This document shows positions 1 to 7,924 of a stretch of DNA of 32,000 nucleotides, piece by piece; position 1 is the first letter of the stretch; every line of letters begins with the position of its first letter. The notes beneath the pieces were generated by a model. It searched no databases. It had not been told where the DNA came from and was given only the letters and a program-made list of their open reading frames with translations. Origin of the DNA: Ignicoccus hospitalis KIN4/I (GTDB lineage: Archaea > Thermoproteota > Thermoprotei_A > Sulfolobales > Ignicoccaceae); assembly GCF_000017945.1 (NCBI RefSeq), contig NC_009776.1, positions 1,080,001 through 1,112,000 on the forward strand, written 5' to 3'. The translations under genes were made by a program, and so were the position numbers.

Positions 1-709
1 ATATATTGTCAAGCCCTTCTTCGGTTAGAGAAGACGCGAAGAGCACCTCGCCCAACCCGGCCTCCTCTAGAGCTTCTACCACCCTCGCGAGCGCGGGGGG
101 AGCGTCTCCCAAGCTCATCGCCAAGGACCCCAAGTCCTCCAACCAAGAATCTATTACGTTTATAATTTCCTCGCTCAATAAATCGGACTTGCTTATGACG
201 TGTATCAGCGGAACCTTCATTCTGGCCGTCACGCTCAGGCCCAGCAGCAGCGCGGAGGTGAAGGAGTAGGGATCCGCGGAACCCTCGCTTATGAAGAGCG
301 AAGGGTCTATTAGGTAAACTAGGACTGCCTTGTCGTTAGCAGTTATCTTTTTGAATAGCTCCAGCGTACTCTTCCTATACGCGAAGAGCTCCAGCTGTCC
401 GGGCGTGTCCACTATTACGTAATTGCTCTCGGTCTCCTCTATGCTCGCCCTGAGCTGGTCCGCATAAAGGAGCATCAAGTCCACGGACTTGACCAAGGCT
501 CCGTTAGGCCCCAGCCCCTCCTTCAAGAGCTCTTTGTAATTGACGTACTCCCGCACGTCTACGTCCGGAGCGTAGGGGAGGACCTCCACGGCGGGGTCCA
601 AGTTAACCCTGCAAGCGCTCATCTCGTGGTCCTCTATCCAGTCGCCCAACGTCTTGGTCATGCTAGTCTTTCCAGAGCCCGCGGTCCCTACCAAGTAAAC
701 GAAGTACAT
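1..709 (-). CDS. GPN-loop GTPase (PF03029 / Npa3-XAB1-PAB0955 family), 3' end runs off the window
   Basis: The gene is absent from the ORF track because it is truncated by the window edge. My minus-strand translation from the ATG at 707-709 reads MYFVYLVGTAGSGKTSMTKTLGDWIEDHEMSACRVNLDPAVE...LGPNGALVKS...YVIVDTPGQLELFAYR...HVISKSDLL. It shows a Walker A (GTAGSGKT), the eponymous GPN loop and the DTPGQxExF switch motif. Confidence 0.8.
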   Translation of the reverse strand, partial: MYFVYLVGTAGSGKTSMTKTLGDWIEDHEMSACRVNLDPAVEVLPYAPDVDVREYVNYKELLKEGLGPNGALVKSVDLMLLYADQLRASIEETESNYVIVDTPGQLELFAYRKSTLELFKKITANDKAVLVYLIDPSLFISEGSADPYSFTSALLLGLSVTARMKVPLIHVISKSDLLSEEIINVIDSWLEDLGSLAMSLGDAPPALARVVEALEEAGLGEVLFASSLTEEGLDNI

Positions 710-779
710 GACGTCGCGTCCGCGCTCGCTCCTACACAAACCTTTAATCTATTGGTTGCCTACCCGTCCTTAGAGAGTC

Positions 780-1763
780 ATGACGTCGCTTACGGCTAAG
801 GACATTATGAGGAAAGTTTTCCCGGTTGCCGACCCGGAGGAGCCGGTCTTAGAGGCCGCGAAGAAGATGGTAGAGCACGAGTACGGCGCGGTGTTGATAC
901 TCTCAGACGACGGCACCTTGAGCGGGATAATGACCGAGAGGGACGTGCTTAGGGCGGTTGCAGAGGGGAAGGACATAGCGCAAATACCGGTCAAGGACTT
1001 GATGAAGAAAACCACCGTCGTGGTACACAAGGACGTTCCAGTAAGGCTCGTCTTGCAGCTGTTCGGCGCGTACAAAGTTAGGAGGATGCCGGTGACGGAC
1101 GACGACGGGAGGGTCATAGGAGTTATAAGCTCCACGGACGTGGTTTACGAGGCCATACCCAAGGTCCTCCACCCCCTCGCGGGCAGGATAGGGGACGCCA
1201 TGAAGCCCGCGGAGGAAGTGGAGGACAGCGTGCCCAGCGCCGCTAGGTACTTCGCCTCGAAGAAGGTGGACGGCGCGCTGGCCGGGGGCAAGCTCATATC
1301 CGAGAGGAGCGTCATAAGGGCCTTGCTGGACTCCACCAAGCCCAGCGAGAGGGCCGAGCGGGTCATCTACGTCCCGCCGGAGATGAACTTGAGGAACGCC
1401 TCTATACTCATGAAGCTGAACAAGATAAGGTTCGTGATGAACGACAACAACTACGCGTTTACGAGGGACATAGCAATAGCCGCGACGGAGAGGGCCGAGT
1501 TCACTATGAAGAGTTACATACTGATAAAGACTAAGCCGGGCTTCGAAAAGGAAATCGCAGAGAAGGCCTCCTCTTTGAAGAGCAACATAGTTAGCATAGA
1601 GTACGTCGCGGGCCCCTACGACTTGGTGTTGACGGCGCTAACCGGCCCCCAAGAGGAGGTGAAGGACTTGCTCATCCCCCTCTTAAGGGACAAGGAGCAA
1701 GTGGTTGACACTTTAACCCTTGTTGTCCTAGGGGAAAAGTACTTAGGAGGGAGCGGAGAATAA
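780..1763 (+). CDS. CBS-domain pair protein with C-terminal Lrp/AsnC-type RAM (ligand-binding) module
   Basis: 327 aa. The N-terminal half has two CBS repeats (MRKVFPV..., GAVLILSDDGTLSGIMTERDVLRAV; VRRMPVTDDDGRVIGVISSTDVV). The C-terminus, KSYILIKTKPGFEKEIAEKASSLKSNIVSIEYVAGPYDLVLTAL...VVDTLTLVVL, matches the AsnC/RAM beta-alpha-beta-beta-alpha-beta pattern with the (T/A)G.YDL motif. It starts at ATG and is divergent from the GPN GTPase. Confidence 0.75.
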   Translation: MTSLTAKDIMRKVFPVADPEEPVLEAAKKMVEHEYGAVLILSDDGTLSGIMTERDVLRAVAEGKDIAQIPVKDLMKKTTVVVHKDVPVRLVLQLFGAYKVRRMPVTDDDGRVIGVISSTDVVYEAIPKVLHPLAGRIGDAMKPAEEVEDSVPSAARYFASKKVDGALAGGKLISERSVIRALLDSTKPSERAERVIYVPPEMNLRNASILMKLNKIRFVMNDNNYAFTRDIAIAATERAEFTMKSYILIKTKPGFEKEIAEKASSLKSNIVSIEYVAGPYDLVLTALTGPQEEVKDLLIPLLRDKEQVVDTLTLVVLGEKYLGGSGE

Positions 1764-1790
1764 AGGACATTGAGGAAAGGGTGCTAAAGG

Positions 1791-2213
1791 ATGGCTGAGG
1801 TCCTCGCTTTCGACAGCTCAGAGAAGCTTAAGGAGTACATCGAAAAGTTGAAGGATGAGCTCGAGGAGAGGGAAATGGTCGTCAAGAAGCTTATTGAGAG
1901 CTACGAAGAGGAGGTGGCAGAGCTCGAGGTGCTCAAGAAGATGGGGGCGAGCATACAAGAGGGGGACGCGACCTTAAAGCTCTCAATAGAGGGGGTACCC
2001 CTCTACATAAGGCCTAACCCCCTGAAAGTTTACAACTTGTTAACAAAAGCCATGAGCGAGATAAACGAGCTTAAGAACGCGATATCCGTGCTGGAGAGCA
2101 TAGCGGAAAAGCTCAAGGAGTTGCCGGGCTTCGCGGTAGTGATAGAGATTAAGGGAGGGAAGCCCGTGGCCGCTTACATGGACAGGATAAAGGGCGGTAA
2201 GGAAGAGAAATAA
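1791..2213 (+). CDS. hypothetical coiled-coil protein (prefoldin-like helix / beta-segment / helix layout, tentative)
   Basis: 140 aa with host-like codon usage. E/K/L heptad-like N- and C-terminal helices flank EGDATLKLSIEGVPLYIRP. GAGGAAAGGG lies upstream of the ATG. I recognise no family-defining motif. Confidence 0.5.
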   Translation: MAEVLAFDSSEKLKEYIEKLKDELEEREMVVKKLIESYEEEVAELEVLKKMGASIQEGDATLKLSIEGVPLYIRPNPLKVYNLLTKAMSEINELKNAISVLESIAEKLKELPGFAVVIEIKGGKPVAAYMDRIKGGKEEK

Positions 2214-2218
2214 AAGGG

Positions 2219-3253
2219 TTAGAAGAGCTCGTAGCTCAAGTTCTCAGCTATCTTGGAGGGGTCCAAGCCAAGCTTTTTACCAGTCATTATCGTGGCTACG
2301 TCCCTCGCGTCGAGCCTCAGCAATATCAGTAAGGCTAACAAGACGGCCACCCTGAAGGGGTAGCCCGAGAAGGCCGCTAGGGCCCTCTTGCGCTGAACCC
2401 TCATGGCGTTAACCCTAACCTTGGCTAGAGCCTCGTACGGGTCCTCGGGGACGCCCTCGCCGTAAGGGGTCCTCCGGAGCAGCGGGACCACCTCGTCCGG
2501 CTTGGCTTGGACCAAGGCCCTCACGAGGTCTTGGTCGCACGCCGGCGGCTCCGCGGGCAGCTTCAAGCCCTTTAGGATGGCCCTCCCTACGAGGGTGACG
2601 GCGAGAGCGTCTATTTCCGGACAGAGGAGCTTGCTTATCTCTATCTTGCTGGTGCCCACGTTCATGCTCTTTCCTATCCTGGTTATTACGTTATACATAG
2701 ACTTCAGCAACATGACGTCCATAGCCAGCACGAAGGCCGACAAGTCCTTGTAGCTGCGGTACATCTCCACCGCTTGTTCTATGTAAGAAGCCATCTTGAA
2801 GCCCTTCAGAGCTTGAGCTAAGCCCTCCAAGCCCCTCTCCTTTATCACCAAGAGGGTGGTCGACACTACCGGATCGTCCTTAAATAGGAGGAAGCCCTCA
2901 ACCTCCTTCAAGTCCTTCCCCGAGACGGCGGCCCTCACTATTAACATCACGTCCCTTGCCCTGAGCCAGTCCACTAAGTTGTCTATCATCAGCTTCAAGT
3001 TGTATGAGGGCACGTAGCCTCTGAGCTTCATCAGTATCTCGTAGTACTTCTGGCACGCGAGCCTCTCCAGCTCCTCCGAGCTGGCCTCCTCTACCGCTAC
3101 CCCCTCGAGCCAAGTTCCCCTGAGCGCGTTCTGCACCTCCTCCGGGGTGGAGGCGGTGAGCAAGCTGAGCTCCTTCTCTTTATCGAGTATCTGCCCTCTG
3201 TACATGTAAACGAGGGCCGTGGGAGAGATCAGCTCCGCCGGCAACGCGCTCAC
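2219..3253 (-). CDS. atpC: A-type (A1AO) ATP synthase subunit C (V-ATPase subunit d / AC39 family)
   Basis: 344 aa and all-helical. The length and the C-terminal ...AFSGYPFRVAVLLALLILLRLDARDVATIMTGKKLGLDPSKIAENL pattern are typical of archaeal AtpC. Its GTG start overlaps the stop of the upstream H-like gene (GTGA). Confidence 0.65.
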   Translation of the reverse strand: MSALPAELISPTALVYMYRGQILDKEKELSLLTASTPEEVQNALRGTWLEGVAVEEASSEELERLACQKYYEILMKLRGYVPSYNLKLMIDNLVDWLRARDVMLIVRAAVSGKDLKEVEGFLLFKDDPVVSTTLLVIKERGLEGLAQALKGFKMASYIEQAVEMYRSYKDLSAFVLAMDVMLLKSMYNVITRIGKSMNVGTSKIEISKLLCPEIDALAVTLVGRAILKGLKLPAEPPACDQDLVRALVQAKPDEVVPLLRRTPYGEGVPEDPYEALAKVRVNAMRVQRKRALAAFSGYPFRVAVLLALLILLRLDARDVATIMTGKKLGLDPSKIAENLSYELF

Positions 3254-3591
3254 CCGAACAGGGCGCTCAAGACCGCCTCGACCGCCTTGTCCTTGTTGCT
3301 CTCGAACTTCCTCTCCAGCTCGTTGAGCAACTCTTGGAGCCTCCTAGCGGCCTCCTCCCGGTAGCTCTGAAGCGAGGCCGCCAGCTGTTGGTTTAGGGAC
3401 TCCTTGAGCTCGTCCAACTTCTTCTTGTACTCCGCCTCCATCTCCTCCGCGAGCTTGGCGGCCTCCGCGACCACGCCCCCGGCCTCCTCCTCGGCGCCCC
3501 TTATGGACTCTTTGACCTCCTTCTCTACCTTCTCCAAGTTCTTGAGGAACTTCTCAAACTGTTCGTTTAACGTCTTGAGGTCGCTGGCCAA
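3250..3591 (-). CDS. A-type ATP synthase subunit H-like peripheral-stalk protein (V-ATPase G-like), tentative
   Basis: 113 aa forming a single long E/K/A/L-rich helix (…EEAGGVVAEAAKLAEEMEAEYKKKLDELKESLNQQLAASLQSYREEAARRLQELL…). It is translationally coupled to atpC. It has a TTG start with GAGGAGG about 15 nt upstream. Confidence 0.45.
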   Translation of the reverse strand: MASDLKTLNEQFEKFLKNLEKVEKEVKESIRGAEEEAGGVVAEAAKLAEEMEAEYKKKLDELKESLNQQLAASLQSYREEAARRLQELLNELERKFESNKDKAVEAVLSALFG

Positions 3592-3676
3592 GCCCTTACC
3601 CCTGCCTCCTCACGCCCTCGAGGTTTAAGGACTATTCTACTCAATAGCCGTAAGCCCGAGGGGCGCGGGGGGGAAC

Positions 3677-4327
3677 TTGAGGGCCTTCGAGGCGCTCAAG
3701 GCTGTGCAAAGGCACTTGAGGGCGTGGGACTTGAAGTTCAAGGAGGGGAGCCCGAAGGTCTGCTTGCCCTCCGAGCTCCCCGAGGTCCCCGCGGGGGAGG
3801 GGCTGGACAAGGTTAAGGGTTGGATAGAGGTCTCCGAGGAGTATTGGAACTCCTTCGAGTGCGAGGAGGTAACTGTGCCGGCCGCTTACGACGGCAAGCG
3901 GGTAGTTTACGACCCCTCGGCCGGCGACGAGGCCGTGAAGTACTTGATAGCCTCCGTGTACGAACACTACTTGAACCACAAGCTGGAGGGAGCCCTCCCG
4001 AGGCTCTGGGAGAAGCGCTACGTGTACGTGCTATCCAAGGTCTACGGCCGCTTGGGGGCGCTGGAGGCGCTTAGGGCCTCCTTCGAGGCGAGCGACCTCT
4101 TCGACTCGGCCGCGATGAGGGCCGCCTCCAAGGGCCCGGATGACGGGGAGCTGGACGTGAAGCTCTTCCCCTCCGAGAAGGTGCGCTTGTTCTTAGACGG
4201 CGGGGCGGAGCTGGACGAGAGGTTGGAGAAAGTTATCATCAACAGCCCTGAGTTCGAGAAAAAGCTCTTCGCCACGGTAATTTTGGCAGAAGCGCGGAAG
4301 TTTATTAGAAATGGTTCGATCGCTTAA
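3677..4327 (+). CDS. hypothetical protein
   Basis: 216 aa with a TTG start and host-like codon usage and composition. I recognise no motif. The opposite-strand ORF at 3641..3979 looks like an antisense artefact. Confidence 0.45.
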   Translation: MRAFEALKAVQRHLRAWDLKFKEGSPKVCLPSELPEVPAGEGLDKVKGWIEVSEEYWNSFECEEVTVPAAYDGKRVVYDPSAGDEAVKYLIASVYEHYLNHKLEGALPRLWEKRYVYVLSKVYGRLGALEALRASFEASDLFDSAAMRAASKGPDDGELDVKLFPSEKVRLFLDGGAELDERLEKVIINSPEFEKKLFATVILAEARKFIRNGSIA

Positions 4328-4341
4328 AACCGGCGGCGCGG

Positions 4342-4641
4342 ATGAAGGCCTTCGCCGTGTTCCTCAGCGAGGGCGACGTGTACGAGGACGTTCCCTTGCA
4401 CAAGGTGATTATGGAGAAGGCTAAAGAAATGGGGATATCTGGCATGACTATAATAAAGGGTTATACAGGCTACGGCAAACACAAGGGCACCAGCGAGATA
4501 GACCCGTTCCACGGCTACGGGGACAAGCCGGTAATAGTCGTCGTGATAGAGGAGGAGGAGAAGGGCAAGAAGTTCGTTGAGCTCGTTAAGAGCCTTAAGA
4601 GCGACGCCCTCGTGGTCTCTTGGAACGTGGAGCGCCTATGA
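4342..4641 (+). CDS. DUF190 / UPF0166 PII-like protein
   Basis: 99 aa. The sequence MKAFAVFLSEGDVYEDVPLHKVIMEKAKEMGISGMTIIKGYTGYGKHK...KPVIVVVIEEEEKGKKFVELVKSL matches the DUF190 pattern (i.l.e.d...g.PL...i...a.e.G..GaTv.rG..GfG......lP.vie.vd.ee.i..f). Confidence 0.65.
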   Translation: MKAFAVFLSEGDVYEDVPLHKVIMEKAKEMGISGMTIIKGYTGYGKHKGTSEIDPFHGYGDKPVIVVVIEEEEKGKKFVELVKSLKSDALVVSWNVERL

Positions 4642-4651
4642 GGGAGAGGTC

Positions 4652-5377
4652 ATGGTGGACTTGAGACACCCCCTAGTGCAGGCCGCGTTAATGGTCAACG
4701 AAAAAGAGGTGACTACGAAGCTGCTCCCGTCCAACGCTTACGCGAGCTTAGAGGAGAGCGTCAAGGACTTGGCCGGGCCTTCCGGCTGTCGTCACATAAT
4801 AATAAACATAGGGCTGGTAAACGACAAATGGGACGTAGTAGAGGCGTTAGTGTGTGAGGGCGAGCTGGTCGCTTCTAACGTCGACCTCAAGAGCTACGCG
4901 CCCGAGGCCGAGGTAGAAAGGGTCGTGGGCGAGTGTTACGAGTTCCCCAAGGAATTGATCGAGAAGCTCGAAGAGCTCTCGAAAGTTGAGGTTAAGGAAG
5001 AGGTTGAAAGGTACGAGGCTGTGAAAGTAGTCCGGGCCCCGCCCCTCCCGAGGGCCCGGGCGGAAGAGATAGCCGCGAGGGAGCCCAAGCTCCCGACGGA
5101 CTTGTTGAACAACTTAACGGACGAGTGGGCCACTTACAAGTCCATATCCCACGCACTCATAATCTTCTTGGAAACCAGCGAAGTGGACTCTTACGCCGTG
5201 GCCACGGGCTCCACCGAGGACGGTAAAATAATTAGCTTGGTCTACCTCCCGGCTGAGTACAAGCCCAAGATGGAGGAATTGGAAAAAGAGATAATTAGGG
5301 TTGCCTCTGAGAACGATGTAGACATAGTTTACTTGAACGTAGGAGGGGCGGAAAAGCTAATATCCACTCGGGGATGA
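4652..5377 (+). CDS. hypothetical protein (upstream of sufC)
   Basis: The track ORF is 4577..5377. I prefer the ATG at 4652 (MVDLRHPLVQ...) because it follows GAGGGAGAGG and avoids a 65-nt overlap with the DUF190 gene. Its stop overlaps an ATG at 5374 (ATGA). I recognise no family. Confidence 0.5.
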   Translation: MVDLRHPLVQAALMVNEKEVTTKLLPSNAYASLEESVKDLAGPSGCRHIIINIGLVNDKWDVVEALVCEGELVASNVDLKSYAPEAEVERVVGECYEFPKELIEKLEELSKVEVKEEVERYEAVKVVRAPPLPRARAEEIAAREPKLPTDLLNNLTDEWATYKSISHALIIFLETSEVDSYAVATGSTEDGKIISLVYLPAEYKPKMEELEKEIIRVASENDVDIVYLNVGGAEKLISTRG

Positions 5378-5466
5378 GGAGCCCGGTTTTAGCTGAACCT
5401 CATGAGGAAGAGTTGCTCCCCCAACCCCACTATCCATTTACCCCATCTGCCGTAGCGGGGCTCCGG

Positions 5467-6186
5467 ATGCGCGAGTTGCAGGGCCTCGAAGTGGTTGACC
5501 TATGGGTCAGCGTCGGGAATAAGACCATACTAAAGGGGGTAAACCTCAAGCTCCCGAGGGGCGAGTTCCACGCCTTAGTGGGGCCCAACGGCGCGGGAAA
5601 GAGCACCTTGGCAATGACCTTGGCCGGCTACCCGGGGTACAAGGTGGTCAAGGGTGACATACTATTAGACGGGGAGAGTATCAAGGACCTCCCCCCAGAG
5701 GAGAGGGCGAAGAAGGGGCTCGCGGTGCTCCTCCAGCACCCGCCGGAGCTGGAGGGGATAAGGGTGGCGGAGCTGCTCGAGAGGCTCAAGGGCTTGTACG
5801 GCTGCAAGGATAGCGTGGAAGACTTGTTGCGCAGGGTAGGGCTGCCGAGCGACATGGCCTTCCGGTACGTCAACGTGGGCTTCAGCGGAGGGGAGAGGAA
5901 GAGGTTCGACTTGGCGAGGGTAATAGCCATGAGACCTAAGATAGTCGTAATGGATGAGCCCGATTCCGGCGTCGACGTAGAAAGCATCAAGAGGATTGCG
6001 GACGGAATAAAGTGGCTGCTCTCCCAGAACGCCGGAGTTTTGGTCATAACCCACTACAGGAACATCTTGAAATACGTTAAGCCCCATCTGGTCCACGTTA
6101 TGATAGACGGGAGGATAGTCAAGAGCGGGGGGCCCGAGATCCTCGAAGTTATTGAAGAAAAGGGCTTCGCGGGGGTGGTAGCATGA
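5467..6186 (+). CDS. sufC: Fe-S cluster assembly ATPase SufC
   Basis: It has a Walker A (GPNGAGKST), the ABC signature-like FSGGERKR, a Walker B (IVVMDEPDSGVD) and an H-loop (VITHY). The start is placed at MRELQGLEVVDLWVSV (a typical SufC N-terminus). The track's ATG at 5374 would add 31 non-conserved residues but gives an ATGA overlap, so the start is uncertain. Confidence 0.9.
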   Translation: MRELQGLEVVDLWVSVGNKTILKGVNLKLPRGEFHALVGPNGAGKSTLAMTLAGYPGYKVVKGDILLDGESIKDLPPEERAKKGLAVLLQHPPELEGIRVAELLERLKGLYGCKDSVEDLLRRVGLPSDMAFRYVNVGFSGGERKRFDLARVIAMRPKIVVMDEPDSGVDVESIKRIADGIKWLLSQNAGVLVITHYRNILKYVKPHLVHVMIDGRIVKSGGPEILEVIEEKGFAGVVA

Positions 6187-7499
6187 ACGAGGTCCAGATA
6201 ATTAAGTACTACGCGGAAGAGATATCCAAGAAACTGAAGGAGCCCGAGTGGGCGCTGAGGCTCAGACTGAAGGCTGCAGAGCTCTACCCAAAGGTCCCAG
6301 CGCCGCCGTGGATGCCCGAAGACTTCGACTTGGAGGCCTTCGCCGCTAAAGCGGCGGAGGAGGAGTTCGTGAAGCCCGGGGAGGGCGAGATACCGGACTG
6401 GTACAAGGCCTTACTCGAGAGGATAGGAGTGCCGGACATAGAGCAGAGCGCGCTGGCCGGAGTTACGGTGATGGTTAACGAGAACGTGGTCTATGAGGCG
6501 CAGAAGAGGGACCTCATGAGGAAGGGAGTGATACTCAAATCGATGGACGAGGCCGTGAGGGAACACGAGGAATTCGTGAAGGAGAGGCTCCACTCCGCCC
6601 AGAGGCCGGAGGCCCACAAGCTGGCCGCCCTCCACGCCGCCCTCCGGAGGGGAGGGACCTTCATGTACGTCCCGCCGAGGGTCAGGGTACCCTTCCCGGT
6701 CCAAGCGTTCTTCGTGATAACGGAGGAACAACTGGCACAGACGGAACACACCATGATAATAGCAGACGAGGGAAGCTACGTACACTTCATAGAGGGCTGT
6801 ATAGTCCCCATCCCGGCGCCCTTCAGCGTACACTTGGGCGGCAGCGAGTTCTTCGTTGAGAGGGGCGCTAGGCTGAGGGTCTCCAGCCTCCAAGACTGGC
6901 TGGGCGACGTAGTACACGTGCCGGTCAAGGGCGCGATAGTGAAGGAGAGGGGAACTCTGGAAGAGCTCGGGGTGAGCTTCGGAGGGACCAAGATAGGCAT
7001 GAGGCCCACCATAAGGTTGGTCGGCGAGGGGGCCAAGCTCTCCTTCAACAACGTAGCGCTACTAAAGAAGGAGATGAGGTCTTGGAGCGGCTCCTTCGTT
7101 AAGATGGAGGCTCCGAGGACCAGCGCCACTGTAATAAATAGGAGCGTGATGCTGGACAAGTCCTTCGAGGAGTTCTTGGGCGAGATAGACGTGGAGAGGG
7201 GGGCGAAGGGAGTAAAGGGCTATCAGTCTTGTAACACCCTCCTGCTGAGCGACGAAGCCACTAACGTGACCATACCGAAGCTCGTAAGCAAGACGTCCGA
7301 CGCTGAGCTGGCGCACGAGGGCACGGTAGGGAAGCTCGGCGAGGAACAGCTGTTCTACTTGAGGTCCATGGGCTTCACCGAGCCCGAGGCTGTACAGATG
7401 CTAACCATAGGCTTCATAGACCCGCTCGTGAAGGACTTACCTAGCGACTACGTCAGGGCAATAAGGGAGATAGTTAAGATGACCCTCAACGCCTCGTGA
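6183..7499 (+). CDS. sufB: Fe-S cluster assembly scaffold protein SufB/SufD family (SufB-like)
   Basis: 438 aa. It overlaps sufC by ATGA. The beta-helix core, ...TEHTMIIADEGSYVHFIEGC...NNVALLKKEMRSWSGSFVKMEAPRTSATVINRSVMLD...CNTLLLSDEATNVTIPKL...AHEGTVGKLGEEQLFYLRSMGFTEPEAVQMLTIGF, is characteristic of SufB/SufD. Confidence 0.85.
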   Translation: MNEVQIIKYYAEEISKKLKEPEWALRLRLKAAELYPKVPAPPWMPEDFDLEAFAAKAAEEEFVKPGEGEIPDWYKALLERIGVPDIEQSALAGVTVMVNENVVYEAQKRDLMRKGVILKSMDEAVREHEEFVKERLHSAQRPEAHKLAALHAALRRGGTFMYVPPRVRVPFPVQAFFVITEEQLAQTEHTMIIADEGSYVHFIEGCIVPIPAPFSVHLGGSEFFVERGARLRVSSLQDWLGDVVHVPVKGAIVKERGTLEELGVSFGGTKIGMRPTIRLVGEGAKLSFNNVALLKKEMRSWSGSFVKMEAPRTSATVINRSVMLDKSFEEFLGEIDVERGAKGVKGYQSCNTLLLSDEATNVTIPKLVSKTSDAELAHEGTVGKLGEEQLFYLRSMGFTEPEAVQMLTIGFIDPLVKDLPSDYVRAIREIVKMTLNAS

Positions 7500-7508
7500 G
7501 GCTCCAAC

Positions 7509-7524
7509 CTTTATTATTTTTGTT
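7509..7524 (+). terminator. T-rich tract downstream of sufB (candidate archaeal oligo-T terminator, doubling as TATA-like box for the next gene)
   Basis: CTTTATTATTTTTGTT starts 10 nt after the sufB stop and includes a T5 run at 7517-7521. It is the only AT-rich patch between sufB and the 7550 gene. Confidence 0.3.
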
Positions 7525-7549
7525 CCTAAGTAGGACCCCGGAAGGGAGT

Positions 7550-7924
7550 ATGCCCGAAGAGGAGAAGAAGGAGGAAGTAAAGGAACAAGAGCAACAGAAG
7601 AAGAAAGTGGACATAAAGGCGCTGGTCAAGCTGGTGCCGCCGGCCAGCGCCCTCAAGCAGAGGACCAGCAAGGCCAGGGAGAAGAGGATAAGGCTGAGGT
7701 TGAAGGACGTCAAGCCCACTCAAGCTAAGATAAACCCGAACCTAGCGGAACAGCTGGGCATAACCGACAAGCTCGAGATAGCTGTATCCGGCAAGAAGTT
7801 CGTCTTCGAGGCGGTAAAGGACTCCTCAGTGCCGGAGAACGAGGTACACGTGAACGAGGAGCTGATGAGGGAGAACGGGATCTCGGACAACACCATAGCT
7901 ACCGTGAGGGCCCACCGCGGCTAG
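7550..7924 (+). CDS. small Lys/Glu-rich protein with C-terminal VAT-N/CDC48-N-like double-psi beta-barrel (tentative)
   Basis: The start is placed at ATG 7550 (AGGGAG upstream, with a TATA-like TTTATTATTTTT at 7510-7521). The N-terminus is low-complexity (EEEKKEEVKEQEQQKKK). The C-terminus, RLRLKDVKPTQAKINPNLAEQLGITDKLEIAVSGKKFVFEAV...PENEVHVNEELMRENGISDNTIATVRA, mirrors the two psi-loops of VAT-N (lrV.e....g.a.id......LGv..gD.veI.g.....a.v......g.irid...R.N.gv..gd.v.v). Confidence 0.45.
   Translation: MPEEEKKEEVKEQEQQKKKVDIKALVKLVPPASALKQRTSKAREKRIRLRLKDVKPTQAKINPNLAEQLGITDKLEIAVSGKKFVFEAVKDSSVPENEVHVNEELMRENGISDNTIATVRAHRG

Noticed and set aside
6-269. 87-aa plus-strand ORF at the window start
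   Set aside because: It lies antisense to a clearly recognisable GPN-loop GTPase gene. Its Ser/Ala/Pro-rich composition and TTG start are typical of shadow ORFs in G+C-rich coding DNA.
5374-5466. 31-codon N-terminal extension of sufC from the ATGA-overlapping ATG
   Set aside because: The extension (MRSPVLAEPHEEELLPQPHYPFTPSAVAGLR) has no counterpart in SufC proteins, and M32 gives a typical SufC N-terminus. I kept it as an explicit uncertainty because the ATGA overlap is attractive for translational coupling.
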